A DNA stretch of 60,025 bases, counting the filler, from Bipalium vagum (taxonomy: Eukaryota): assembly GCA_037834085.1 (NCBI GenBank). It is 3 parts of 3 records of this genome, joined end to end, with 100 filler letters (N's around TTAATTAATTAA, not from the genome) between each part and the next. Parts side by side here need not be neighbours in the genome. Positions count along the whole stretch, not along the records: positions 1 to 19,231 come from JBBMKC010006857.1; positions 19,332 to 42,022 come from JBBMKC010218241.1; 1 more part is not named here. One strand, given 5' to 3'. The position numbers and the translations under genes were made by a program. The notes under the pieces were generated by a model. The model was not told the origin of the DNA. It did no database searches and saw only the letters and a program-made list of their open reading frames with translations. Shown here piece after piece: positions 11,201 through 22,686 of this stretch (position 1 is its first letter; every line of letters begins with the position of its first letter).

Positions 11201-13577
11201 AGTAATAAAAAAATGAAAAAGTAAATAAGTTTCCATGATGATTATTTTGCATTACACCTGTTTCTCTAATGCAATAATGGCAATAATAATTATGAATAGG
11301 ACCTGTGGCACACCACCAAGAATCATAATCCTTTCGGAAATTGTCGCCGACATTCATCGCTATCCAACTATTGAGAAGATCGGTGTTTGTTATGATAATT
11401 CATTGCTATTGATATATATGACACAATATATATGACACGAATGCAGCAAGTCTACACCAGACTTCACAACGATGATTTCTTTGACTTTCGATCAAATCGT
11501 CAAACATCTTTTACCAATTTTTTTCAAATGTTTAAGAAAGTGCCATTTGCTAAAAGTAAACCTTTGTTTAAAATGCACTTCAGGCGATTCATGTTTAAGA
11601 ACACAAATGACTCCAGCTTCTCTGCCTAAATAGTCTTATACCGCACCTTATAAACATACACAAATGATAATCAATCATAAAATGCCTTGGAGGGTATTTT
11701 AGGAAAGTATTGAGCCCTGGATGCGTTTCAGTTGTGAAATTTATCTTTTGCTTTTCCGCTAAAACTGGCCGAAATTTCGTTCGAAAAAGTGCCCTATAAT
11801 TTCGCTTTTTGCAAGGAAACAGTCAACTCAAATTTTATTTATTAAATTCACTACGGTTTTCGAAGACGTTTTACTCTGACCAAAATAGCAGAGCATTTTT
11901 GAAAGGTTATCCTTAACCCTGACTCCCGTTTATAGTGAGCTTTCATCGTTTCTCTGCGATACTCGATTGTTTAATTTTCCATATTTAAATCTTAATTTGT
12001 GCCGATAACAGTAAAACAAAAATATCGATTCTAATGGAGAAAAAATGGCAGAAAATTTAAAATGTTTGTCATTATAAAGCACCTCTGTAATTAGTTTGAT
12101 CTAGTTTATAATTAATATATAATTCATGCTAGATTTATAAAAAATTTTCAGTTTTACCAATGAAATCCGTTTGATAAATCACTTTGTCAACTGGAATATT
12201 GACCGTGGTCTTTGAGTTTTCGCTAATATTAAATAGACCCAATGCTGCACTCCAGTTCTCAACGAAGGGTTCCATTTTGCTGAAAACAGAAACGAATAAC
12301 AATGTAACGAATGGGGTAAAACTTAAATGATACAGGACCGTCGAGATAAATGTGGAACAGTTTCAAACTTATATTAAAAAGAAGACTATTTGAGTAATCA
12401 CTAAGATTATTTTTGTTTAAGTAAGCTAATTTATCAATAAGATAAACTGATCAAATTTGAAATAGTTTTTATTAATCATGCGTTCAGAATATGAGCGAAA
12501 AACAGCAATGTCGGAATCAGTTCGCGCCAAAGGAAAGCGAAAAAAATTGAATGATATGGCTACTGCAAGACCAAGGTTTATGAGTTGTAAAAAAGGTATA
12601 CTGTACAGAAGAAAAGGATGCAGATATATTCAATGTCAAAAGAAAATAAGGATGCCAAAAGAAGATAAAAGTCAAAACATAATTGATCTGGCCAAGAAAA
12701 TGGGAGTGGTCAGATCCACTGTGAGTGTAGCGGTAAATAATGACTATGGTTACAAATACTTTATGTTTCGAAGGCTTTATCTGTTGAAAGAAAAAGATTA
12801 ATTCAACAGAACAATGAAAGCATCAGCCTTGATGAATGATTTAAAGCACCAAATCTTTGGTTTATTACGAAAAAATTTTCATTCAGGCCAGAATTTACCC
12901 GCCAGTGAGCGTTAGATCTGATATCATGTTTTTGAAGTTCTAAGTTTTCAGCTTCAGTCATGGTAGTAGATGTTGTTGATAATGCCACCTTAATTTTACA
13001 AACGTGGTCTCAAAGTGGATGTCGACACTTATACCGGATATTTTAAAATCGTAGATGAACGAAATATCCAGTGGAGAAAGTATGCCTACGAAAAAGAGTC
13101 TGCTTACGTATAATGATAATAACTTACACTGAAATGGAATAATAAAGACAATGCTTTGCTGTTATCACCCATTCCCGGTCAATGAGAGTTCCTCCGCAAA
13201 TGTGACTGTCAGGTTTCACGAGACTCCAATTCATGTAGTCTGGCATGTTCCTTTTAATAAGGTCTTTCAAAACTGGGTTTTTCAAGGAAACCATCCATGG
13301 CCACTGACCTAGGTAAGAGTTTTCTCCGTTGACAATTCTACGGATTCTGCTCAGTGATCGAGAGGGAACAGATAATCGATAAGGCCGTTGGATCATTCTT
13401 TGACCGCAAGTGATTTCCGCTAAAATATTAAAAAAATATAGTTAAGTAATATAATAATAATAATAATTATTATTATTATTATAAAAAACATTAATTACGC
13501 TGGGCTTGTGAGAACTCTCTGATCTGATCAAGAAATAACAGGAGAACGGTAAAAGTGAACTTTACCTTCCATTTCAT
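4970..13577 (-). CDS. Secreted/putatively GPI-anchored chymotrypsin-family (S1A) serine protease, spliced gene
   Basis: Exons (minus): 13499-13577 (signal peptide), 13128-13419 (CG propeptide, RIRR|IVNG, WPWMVSL, HICGG, TAKHC), uncertain small exon ending 10727, 10406-10496, 10089-10157, 7800-7961 (NSDFAM, LPACLP, GWG), 6557-6681 (ICA..GNVCR), 4970-5209 (GDSGGPLMC, hydrophobic tail). GT-AG junctions and phases are consistent except around the exon near 10727-10769. Confidence 0.88.
5335..5725 (+). mobile_element. Internally deleted mariner remnant
   Basis: Mariner-type TIR tattaggttggtgtgaaagcaatgaccgttttt at 5335, followed by decayed sequence. Confidence 0.55.
5760..6270 (-). mobile_element. 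DD39D-like (plant/oomycete-type) mariner transposase relic
   Basis: Minus-strand translation IFIQMDNGRPY...QSPHQSPELSIDDLGLFHTL resembles the DD39D signature IFIQQDNARPH...QPPNSPDLNILDLGFF; contains an in-frame stop. Confidence 0.6.
6557..6681 (-). CDS. Serine protease exon
   Basis: ctttcag acceptor; LVLKHAIVKIM...DC...EICASPISGNVCR; phase-0 GT donor joins directly to GDSGG. Confidence 0.88.
6906..7034. other. Assembly gap (N run) flanked by AT low-complexity sequence
   Basis: Run of N. Confidence 0.99.
7800..7961 (-). CDS. Serine protease exon (catalytic Asp)
   Basis: atttcag acceptor, gtaag donor; NSDFAMMHLSQPVNFTEYILPACLP...CYSMGWG. Confidence 0.92.
8130..8920 (+). mobile_element. Penelope-like retroelement relic (RT and GIY-YIG)
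   Basis: SLLGPTLPPIFI (cf. MGSPLGPTLANIFM), KYVDKTF (YVDD), MNNRHENIKL..KE..QLQFLNVII (LNSLHPNIKFT.E.E..LPFLDV), later YIEET...SEH (YIGET...EH). Confidence 0.75.
9000..9746 (+). mobile_element. hAT (Buster/Charlie-type) transposase 3' relic with right terminus
   Basis: EEFDWIRSP, EEYPNLIKKTIKVLLQFST, VEKELKVRLSHIYPQIATLVKKHQAQPS; terminus ...aaaaggttgagaaccacttg resembles the hAT TIR CAGTGGTTCTCAACC. Confidence 0.85.
10089..10157 (-). CDS. Serine protease internal exon (probable)
   Basis: tttacag acceptor, gtaac donor, 69 nt phase 1-1; reads RYQSVKWFVSAHLTDLLNKYMYK in frame with both neighbours. Confidence 0.6.
10323..10427. repeat. Perfect 52-bp tandem duplication (period 53)
   Basis: ttttgtggacttctcatccataattctcacttttacatgtcggtgaaagatt at 10323-10374 and 10376-10427. 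Confidence 0.95.
10406..10496 (-). CDS. Serine protease internal exon (probable)
   Basis: cgcag acceptor, gtgag donor, 91 nt; AVVSGSLLNASSQILRPGSECFSNLSPTCK. An alternative frame is also open (see findings). Confidence 0.6.
11440..11720 (-). mobile_element. Possible MULE transposase remnant
   Basis: GREAGVICVLKHESPEVH...SKWHFLKHLKK loosely resembles the MULE DRE.A...FP...C.WH motif. Confidence 0.3.
12331..13110 (+). mobile_element. maT/DD37D-like Tc1-mariner relic
   Basis: TA-CAGG terminus at 12331; HTH-like DLAKKMGVVRSTVSVAV, then KFSASVMV (cf. KFPASVMV) and GLKVDVDTY. Confidence 0.65.
13128..13419 (-). CDS. Serine protease exon 2 (activation site, catalytic His)
   Basis: ttttag acceptor, gtaagt donor; EITCGQR...RIRRIVNGENSYLGQWPWMVSL...HICGGTLIDREWVITAKHC. 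Confidence 0.93.
13499..13577 (-). CDS. Serine protease exon 1 (signal peptide)
   Basis: MKWKVKFTFTVLLLFLDQIREFSQAQ plus phase-1 gtaat donor; a 79-nt intron joins it in frame to exon 2. Confidence 0.82.
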
Positions 13578-14156
13578 TGTTGAACAGATAACGAAAAATA
13601 TCATAAACAAAACTATTTATTGGAAATATTCCTCAATTTTGATTGGACAAAAATGTCTAGCCAATGGAAATTGAGTAAATTAATTTATAATTTATAATGC
13701 TGTGCCAATGTTCACCTAACGAAAAATTAATGAAGAAAACTTTTGGTATTTGTAGGCGATGGTTTCCATTCTTTGAGTCGGTCTGAAGGAGAATGTTATT
13801 TCGGTGGAGATCTTTTCCATTTTGATGAAAGGTTAAAAAAGAAAGTAAAGTTCCGATAAAAAATTATTTATTAATTTAGTAAAAACCAGGATATTTTTAA
13901 TTAATAAAAAACACTGCAATCGCCGATTTGAAGTCTCTCTTGATGCAACACCCTCTCTCATCTGCAAAGTATTCTTAGAGGTTTATTCGTGTAGACGATC
14001 TTGTTTTTCTGTTAAAAATCTCTGTCATCCAAGGAATATTGCTGAGTCTTCCGAAGGACTGTAAAAACACAACACTTAAACCCTCACAAAACCTTTACTT
14101 TATTAGCAGAAGAATGGAGTTAAAAGCTGAGATCATTATTTATACGTAGGTCCAAT

Positions 14157-14950
14157 ATACGAGGACTGTACTTTAAGTTTTGCAAATGGAATAATAAAAT
14201 ATTATTATGCAAAACAAACGTCTATAATTAGATACGAAGAATTATAAATTTTGTTTAAATATATGAAAGTCCTTGATTACAGCGACTACTTAAAAAACAT
14301 AATCAATGAAAAAAATTGAATTCACGAGAGAAAATGTACAAGCCAAATTCCTGTACAATTTTCGAAGAGGATTACCTAAAGAACAATGTCTGTCCTTGGT
14401 GATGAAGCATCACATCAGTCCACAATTTCCTGCAAGTACCACCAGGACTCTCTAGTGTGGTCGATGAGCGGAGAAATGGTGAACCAAGGATCCAGGGAAA
14501 ATTTGATTCTACATGTCAGCTCATCATGGAAGATTAAAATGCAACATACCGTGAGATGGATTGTTAGTTTGGCATTTCAAAGATCTCAATTCATAAGATT
14601 CTGAATGAGGAACTGAATTTGATGAAGTTAGTTTCCCGCTGGATCATACAAATCCTAACTGATGAACAAAAAACAGCTTGAGTCAAGTGGTACCGAAACC
14701 CTTAAATAGATTCGATAACGGAAGCTAAAAAATCTGTCATGGATTTATTCATACTGGTATGAAAAAAAAGCCAGTCTTGTAATCCAATCTGAGAAGAATC
14801 CGACAAGAGTTACCCTGTCTCACAGTGTTTCAAAGCAGATGATCGCAATGTTTGTTTCAGAAGCAGGCCATGTCGCTACAAAATCGAAAAACGGTTACTG
14901 TGCAATGGCAAACAACAATATGTTTACCAGAAATAATTCCAGTTCTTTGA
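14157..14950 (+). mobile_element. mariner transposase relic
   Basis: tatacgagg terminus; LGDEASHQSTI, VSRWIIQILTDEQK (WVPH.LT), KQMIAMFVSEAGHVAT, TTICLPEI. Confidence 0.8.
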
Positions 14951-15249
14951 AGCTGAGCAGTTGTCTCGTGTGAATACAATTGAAATTTCTCCATGTCCAT
15001 TTGGAAAAGAGCTACCAGACCAAAGTGACACAAGTGAGCATGTCATCATAGGCTTGTGATTTCGAAACTGGAACAACGGAGAATGATGATAATGCTACCA
15101 AAGTTAAATATCGAAGAATAATCAAGGGGCTGGAAATCACAGTCCGGAAAATATTTCATTAATTTTAAATTCACAATTTTAGTGAATTGGTTGGATTAGA
15201 AAATAAAGTCAGATCGAATGGAAAAGTGTTTTCCTAACTTTCAGTGTTT

Positions 15250-15600
15250 AGGACACATGTCTTTTATACATTACATGAGAATTTTTTATTGCTGATCTGA
15301 TTGAATTGATGGCAAGCAATTTAATCTCACTCTTTGTTTAAGGAGAACAGCGTTGTTTCTTGGATCCCTAATGCCCCCACCGAAATAGTGTCCGAAGATG
15401 TTGAAAATTTTGTTTTTTCCTCGACTTTCTTTCTAAGTTTCTCGTACTTAGCTTTATTAAGATTATTTGCCTCATTGAAATTTTTCTTTAAATCGTAGCA
15501 CAACTTGAGGTCAATTAAAAAAATTCGCTTTTATCAAGAGAAGTTATGAAAAGTCCGGACGTTGGTTGGCTGCAGAATTATCCCATTTTTTTATCTATAT
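15250..15600 (-). mobile_element. Non-LTR retrotransposon 3' relic, restriction-like endonuclease (R2/NeSL/R4 group)
   Basis: QRPD...LIDLKLCYD...KAKYEKL...ISVGALG matches the RLE PD-(D/E)xK...KY...VGALG pattern. Confidence 0.75.
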
Positions 15601-16589
15601 CAACTTTAAAAGGTTTTTTAATTTGTCTTTTTTCTAATAAAAATATTAACATAAATTAAAACGGGTACTAGGCTGAAGATAACATTTTTCTTATCCTAAA
15701 TTAACAAAAATATTTATACCATCCTCATATGAAAATTTTATAAATAATCAAATTCTTCTTTTTCTATAACAGTTGCAAACAATTTGGAATGTATTTGCTC
15801 TCTATCTCATTTCGAAAGTTTAAATAAAATTAAAACATTTGCATTACTTGTTATACTTTTTTGAGTATGCTACACTACTCTGTCCCCAAACATTAATTTC
15901 ATTGGCGTAGTCTATCGCAGACATTTCGCCTTTAACACAGCATGGAATTAATACTCGGGTTTGTCCAGTCTTAAATACAATATCTTTGTAACTCATTCTG
16001 AATGTTAATAATTCTTAATAAGAAGTAAAATAAGGTTTTTAAGATCAATATTTATTTGATGTTCTTTATTTGATTTGATTAAACAAATAATAATATAAGC
16101 AAATATGGACCCTGCACGTTGAAATGCTAAAGACTTTTCAATTATACTAATATAAGATAAAGCTTATGCCTTGACCTTCCTTTACAGAGTGCTAAAATGA
16201 AGCTATTCTTAGTTTTAGTGAAAGATTTCTTACAAATTCCGTTTTCTGAAACAAGATCGTGCTGGAAGGAATATTAAATAATTATTTCTTTCATTTTCAT
16301 TACGTACTCTGAAACTTAGAAATATGAGGCATTTCCTCAATAAACCCTGTACACCCACTATGTTAAAAGCTTTTGTTACAAAAGGACCGGATTCGGATAG
16401 TGCATGGTCTAATTATCACCGAGGACGATGTCAGTGAGACTTCAGCGTAATTTATTTTTCTTTAATATCGCTCTCAATACAATCAGTCAACTTATTCCTT
16501 TTTCTTAAAACTGAACAGATGATAATGATTATGTTATTAATAATATTAATAATAGAATGATAATAATAATTATAATAAATAAACAAATT

Positions 16590-17210
16590 CTAGGAAACCA
16601 AAGTCAGTACTTTCCACCTCAAGGCTAATGTGAATGATGTTATTTTATTGACAATATATGATAGAAGATGATGATAATATTTTGTTTTAAAACTTTTTAT
16701 TATTCCGGAATCCAACGGTTGAAGTCTCGATGTTGAATGTTTTGGAAGAAAAGAATTTTTAATAAGAATAATTTTTCCGAACCATCCATATTGCAGCATA
16801 ACAAAATCGATATCCTATCTTTGTATTTTTAAAATTCCATTTTTCATTTTTGAAACAAGACTTTTGGACGGTCCAAGTTTATAGAATAGAACAGTTTCGT
16901 CACTATTGAAAATATCAAATGGCTTATATAAATCCGCTTTTAATTGAAAATCATCATAATTAACACATAATTTGTCGAAACATTCACCACTACTAATTCT
17001 TCATGCAATATTATGACCTTTTTAAAATCTTTTGTAACAATTTGATGCCTTAAATACCAGTTCTGAATTATCAGCAATTTCAACAGAAGCGTTAATATCT
17101 GAGTATATTTTTAATGCGCTTCTTTGTAATATAGCATCGTTATAAATCCCTCCACTCATTTCGACCATATCAATCCATTCCTTTAATCCACTCTAGTATG
17201 CTTTATACTA
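16590..17210 (-). mobile_element. pogo/Tigger (DDE_1) transposase relic
   Basis: DIFNSDETVLFYK; FLPKHSTSRLQPLDSGIIKSFKTKY. Confidence 0.85.
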
Positions 17211-17479
17211 GACTTTTTTTACAATATTCTAATATTTCTATTTTTTTTCTTTTAAAGATATGCTTTTGATTTTTATTATTAGACTAAAAAATAAATTTAT
17301 TAAAATTTAGAAATAAATAGATTTATACTTAGACCCACTAATAAAATTTAAATTTCGATATTATTAAAACAAATATTTAAAAATGTGATTTAAAAAAGTA
17401 GAAATTAGAATAAAGCCTTAAAATGTTTATGATTTTTTATTTATCGGAAAAAATTAGAGGTGGTAAATCGTAGAGGATA

Positions 17480-18531
17480 GACTGTAAATGTATTTAAAAC
17501 TTTTTTTGTTTTGCCACTTAAATAATTGATTACTTATCGGTATTCCTAATATATTGTAAAACACAGCTAGGAAGTTGTTTGATTTACCTGTTTTAAAGAA
17601 AAAAGATTTCTTTGGATGATGCACCTCGGTTTCGGCACCCAATTGAATTTAATGAGCAAACATCATTGACCATTCTCAAAGAGGATAGTTACCAAGCAAC
17701 GCTAGAATTGAAAGCTCGAATGAACTAAGATCAAAAGACAGTAATAATAATTTGTAATCTATTGGAAAAGATCAAAAGCTTGACGCATGGATTCTGCGTG
17801 GCCTAAGTCAACAGAACAAAAGTGATTGGGTTTGTGTTTGTGCTTCTTATTTAGCACGACTGTAAGTCAATATTTCCGATTTCTGTCTTTACTTGTTACT
17901 GAAGATAAAAACTAGTTTCTTAACACCAGTATTAAATGGCAAGGATAATGGATTGACAAAAATGAAGAACTTAGTCCTTGTCCCAAGCAAATTCTTAGTC
18001 ATCTAAAGGTTCTGCTTTGCTTTTCTTGAATATGGAAGGGGAATTTTTGCACAGAAATTCAGCCATGTTTATTTTCAACAACTTCCGCGATCGAGAGAAG
18101 CAATTTGTTTATAACACCCGAGTACTCTTGAGATTATCCTTCAAACTGATCACGCCCTGCCACGTTCCAAAAACCCACGAAAACGGCCATCAAGGAGCTC
18201 GGTTGGCAGGTGCTTCCACCTCCTTTCTAGTCACACCATTTGGCACCGCCCAACTACCACTTGTTTCGATCACTCTCAAATAATTTGAGCGGAAAAGCAT
18301 TTGAAAACGAAAGAGAATTAAAAGATTGTCTTGTCAACTGGTTTGCCTCCAGAGATTTGGCTATTTACCGCCGTGGAATTAGGAAACTTGCGGATCGCTA
18401 GCAAGAAGTAATTACGAAGGAAGGAGAATATATAACTGAATAATTTTGATAAGTTTTTTATAAGATAAAATTATTTTTAGGGTTCTAAATAAATGCCAAA
18501 AAACGGAATGAACTTTTTCCTCAGCCCAATA
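17480..18531 (+). mobile_element. mariner relic with right TIR
   Basis: ELGWQVLPPPF.SHHLAPPNYHLFRSL...GIRKLADR.QEVITKEGEYI; right end ...gaactttttcctcagcccaata. Confidence 0.85.
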
Positions 18532-18589
18532 TTATGGTGGTTCGAGCCAGAGAAGACCAAGTCTGATCCTATGCCTACTGTCAGCTTTT

Positions 18590-19070
18590 ATAATTCTTGA
18601 GACTCAAAAAAATCCCCACAATCTGCATGTATCTTTTTCTAAGCACCAAACTTTAAGATCTAATTATATTGGAATACCATGACGACTGTATGATCGTCAT
18701 GTTTTGCAATGGCTGAAAGTAGTATGTACTTGTTAAAGTGATCTACCATTGTCAATATATTATATTGTGAAATGTTTCTTTCTGTCAACAAATATCCACG
18801 TATACTTTTTCGAATGGCTCTATTTTTGGTGATTTGAAATATTCAATGTTTCTGAAGCTTTGAAATCTTTCAGCATCTGATATTACTCTTCCAATTTTAT
18901 TATGGGGTTCATAACACTACATGTTTTTGTCTACCGGTAGTGTCCTTCTGTCTGTAGTATATTCGTATAGCAACCCTCTTCAAACACTCTTAGAAAAGTC
19001 CAAATTGAGAAATTTGGAAGTTATTTCACAATTCTTTCTCAGGACAATCAGTACTTTTAGTCAAAGAATT
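18590..19070 (-). mobile_element. Ty3/gypsy integrase relic
   Basis: EPFEKVYVDIC, ILTMVDHFNKY, LKFGA.KKIHADCG (rve core motifs). Confidence 0.75.
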
Positions 19071-19231
19071 TATTAAATGCCCAACTAAAATGAAGAAAAG
19101 ATAATAATAATAATAATAATATTGAACATATTATTTTAAGAAAACGACAGCATGAATAAAGAGGAACATTATCGACATCGATGATAAAAGAGTACCTTCC
19201 ACCTCAAGGATAATGTAAGTGAAATGAAGAA

Positions 19232-19331
19232 NNNNNNNNNNNNNNNNNNNNNNNNNNNNNNNNNNNNNNNNNNNNTTAATTAATTAANNNNNNNNNNNNN
19301 NNNNNNNNNNNNNNNNNNNNNNNNNNNNNNN
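19232..19331. other. Artificial scaffold linker (44 N + TTAATTAATTAA + 44 N)
   Basis: Exactly 100 nt; 12-mer with stops in all six frames; same structure at 42023-42122. Confidence 0.95.
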
Positions 19332-19419
19332 TTATAAAATTTAATATCATTTAAGACTAATACTGCATAATTTTATCAAGAAACACTGATTTTACTAATG
19401 AAATACGATTGTCTATACA

Positions 19420-19458
19420 AAACAAAGTCGATTGCATTACTTTTGCACCAACCTAATA
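19420..19458. mobile_element. Isolated mariner TIR
   Basis: gcattacttttgcaccaacctaata is the reverse complement of tattaggttggtgcaaaagtaatgc, a typical mariner TIR. Confidence 0.7.
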
Positions 19459-22400
19459 GTATTGTTATTAAAATGAACTAATTAAAGTTCTTGGTTTTTT
19501 TTATTTTATTTTTTTATAAAAATTGTATTTAATATGTGAAAAATATTTTTGACAAATAAAATTGTACATGAAAACATTAAAATTTGTTATATATTTAAAT
19601 AAATAACCACTTCAATAAAACTAAGAATTTTGGAAAAACTACATTTTTCCTGTCTGCTTTATAGTTTTTTTCATTTTTGGTTACCTAATTGTCGAATAGA
19701 ACTGAAACAAGAAAGTTTTTGCGTAAATATTTTTAATGTTGTATTTTTGGATAAGTAATGTATAAGAAATCTAAAACAAGTTAAAATTTTAGTAGAAATT
19801 TGTTTATCTATTTTTTTATCTTATACGGCTCCTGAAACATATACCTAGCTAAATTACTTTATTTAAATGCTTTTTTTAGTTTTGTTGTTAAATCATCATA
19901 TTAAAAACAAATCAAAAATTGTTTCGCAAAAATCATTATATTAAAAGGAAATTAATTAAGAAATTTAAAAATTAAGTTGTGTTTAAATATTTTAATTTTT
20001 ATGAAAACTAGTAATGTTATTTAAAAAGTATGTTACAGTAATACGTTGAATAATATAGTATTTAGAAATTCGACTATGATTATTACGGTTATTCAATTGG
20101 ATGCGTTTTAGAAAATTAAAGAGCAAATGTTAGAGAAGTTAAATGAATGGGATATTTTGCCCAAAGTTGAGAAATGCACGGATTGTGAAAAAATTGAAAA
20201 TCGCACTTATTTTTTCTCATTTTGAATTAGTTTCTAAGTTTGAGTTTGGTTTGAATTAATTAAATTGTAAATATTGTTAAATAAAACTGTTAAACAAATT
20301 AGGCGCCGATGAAGAAACTAAAATGTAAAATGCAATTGAAATAGAGCCCAAATAACTCAGAACATGAAACTGTTAATTTATTAAAACTCAGTATAGGAAA
20401 AAAAGTCCTTATAGTGCCTGATTTTGCGTTTAAAGATGATAAAAATAAAACAAACCTGATATCCTGGGAAATATTTATTATGTTATTAGACTTATTATTA
20501 AATATCATAATAAAAATAATATGAAAAATATTTTAATTGGTTAAAGTTGTTGGTGAACACTGTGATATATTATTAGTCTTGGACAAATTTCCATAGTTAA
20601 ATTTGTTGAAAAATTAAACAATTACAGAAAAAATATATTAAATACTGAAAGACCATTTTTGTGAATGATAGAGCGATATTTTCTGAATGTTCAACGAAAA
20701 TATCATTTTGTTATACCTGAAAAGTCTAACATGCTTAATGAAGTTCGTTGTTTTAATTTAATGAATATATTAATATTATTTGTGATACACATTTGTTAAT
20801 TTTCATCTACTGATTGCCTTCGATCAATAAGTTGACGTATAACTAATGAAAATTGGATCATAAAACTCTCAAATAAATATTAATTAAAGAAAGAACACCT
20901 TTACCTATACAATTTAGGACTTTTTCAAATTGATTTCATTTATTACCTTTGATTTACCCTTGTCATTTTACTTTTTAATGCGATTTTAATTTATGATTAA
21001 ATAATTTTTCTGTTACCACATATTCGAAATATGATTTTTTACCCTTGTATACATACCCTTTGTCATAAGTGAATATATGGACGGATTGATGAGAACATTT
21101 GATGTTTTTTTCAAAATGAATATTGTAAACTTCTCAGAAGTTTGATAAAATATTTTAATAATTTAAAATTGGTTTTGAGGGATAACTGCGATTACAGTGA
21201 TTCTCACAATTCATTTAATACAAACTAAATAAATTGATTTGCTGAATTTGTATATTGTTTTTTTTCTGAAAATCTGAAAACTTTGGCGCATCATTAAACC
21301 ACTCTCCTGAGACCTGTCAGGAATTCTAGCATATCACAAGATAGCCAGAGGAATTCTGTGGTGTTTGGTACCTTGGCCAACTGATCGAATTGGATCATTG
21401 TTGCCCGACTTGTCTCAGATTGAGCTTAAGAAATCCACTGATATTGACGCCAGACTTTGTGCTCCCATAGCGTTGTTGTTGGTGGTCGAATCGGAGCCGC
21501 CAGCCACAAGATGATAGATCTCAACAGTCTGTGCCTATTGTACAAGTACTGCAGCGGGTAACACCTCATGATTATCAGAAAATGTGACAGTTAAATTAAA
21601 ATTGATACAAATAAACTCTTCTTTATTAAAACTGATAAACCAGCATAAATAATCCTATTGGTTTTTTTTATGTTTATCTTTTTGAGTTTTTAATAATAGT
21701 TTAGTTGAAACACCAATACCTTCAGTTTATTTGAAGATCTTATGATGAACAAATGTAAGAAATCTCTTATAAAGAATCTAGTTCCAAATAATTAAAGTTT
21801 GAGTTTGAGAAACTAAATGTTACGGGAAAATATGATGGAGGTTGAGAACAACAAAACAGGTTCAACATAGAAAAGGCCAAAGTGAAAAAATAATTAAATG
21901 AAACTTGAGATGTTGAAGTTTAATAATATTGAATCAAATGTGTTAAAGGTTGAAACTATGAGTATAAATTACAGAATTTATCATAATCAAAAGATGCTTG
22001 AAGTAAATAAGTAACTAAAAATGATGAAAAATTAAGCCCAAGACTGCAATCTTTCTTGTTACGTATTGATTATTAACAAATATTGATTTTCGAAGAACTA
22101 TGATAAACCTTTTTCAACTCATGAAACTGAAAAGTGGTTCTAGCATGAATACCACCGGAATAATATTAACAAAATCAGGAAAAATATAGGAAGGTGAAAG
22201 TCTGAAAACCAGATTTAGAATCAGATACAGTTATCCCATGCTTAATGTTGCACTGGACTTTTCAATATATCTGTATTAATAAATTCATATTAATATAACC
22301 CTTGGTCTATTTTCCATTCATTTATCCATTTTACCAATTTATAGCTAGTTTCAAAAGAAAGTTTCCTCTGGCTTCACTTTATTGTCAATGTTTATAATTA

Positions 22401-22686
22401 ACACATACAAAAATGTTTTTATTTTTAACCACATATTTTTTGAGATCTTTTAAAATGTGAAGCTAGCTTCACTATATATAGAACAAAAACTACATTCTTA
22501 ACATTTAAATGGATAATAATAGACTAAGGTCTAGTACCTGCACTTTACATTATCTCATTTTATACCAAAGGTGAAAGCATAATTCTTTAAATTATTTTTC
22601 TAAAACAAATTAAAAATATCATAAATTTTGTCAAGTTTCACTTTCAACCCTTTTTAAACACATTCTATTGCATTATTATAACTTAA

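Noticed and set aside
19276-19287. TTAATTAATTAA palindrome between N runs (also 42067-42078)
   Set aside because: Identical 44N-12-44N layout twice; a scaffolding linker, not biology.
20070-20200. MLEKLNEWDILPKVEKCTDC as a Merlin transposase N-terminus
   Set aside because: Too short, and no DDE core or TIR found.
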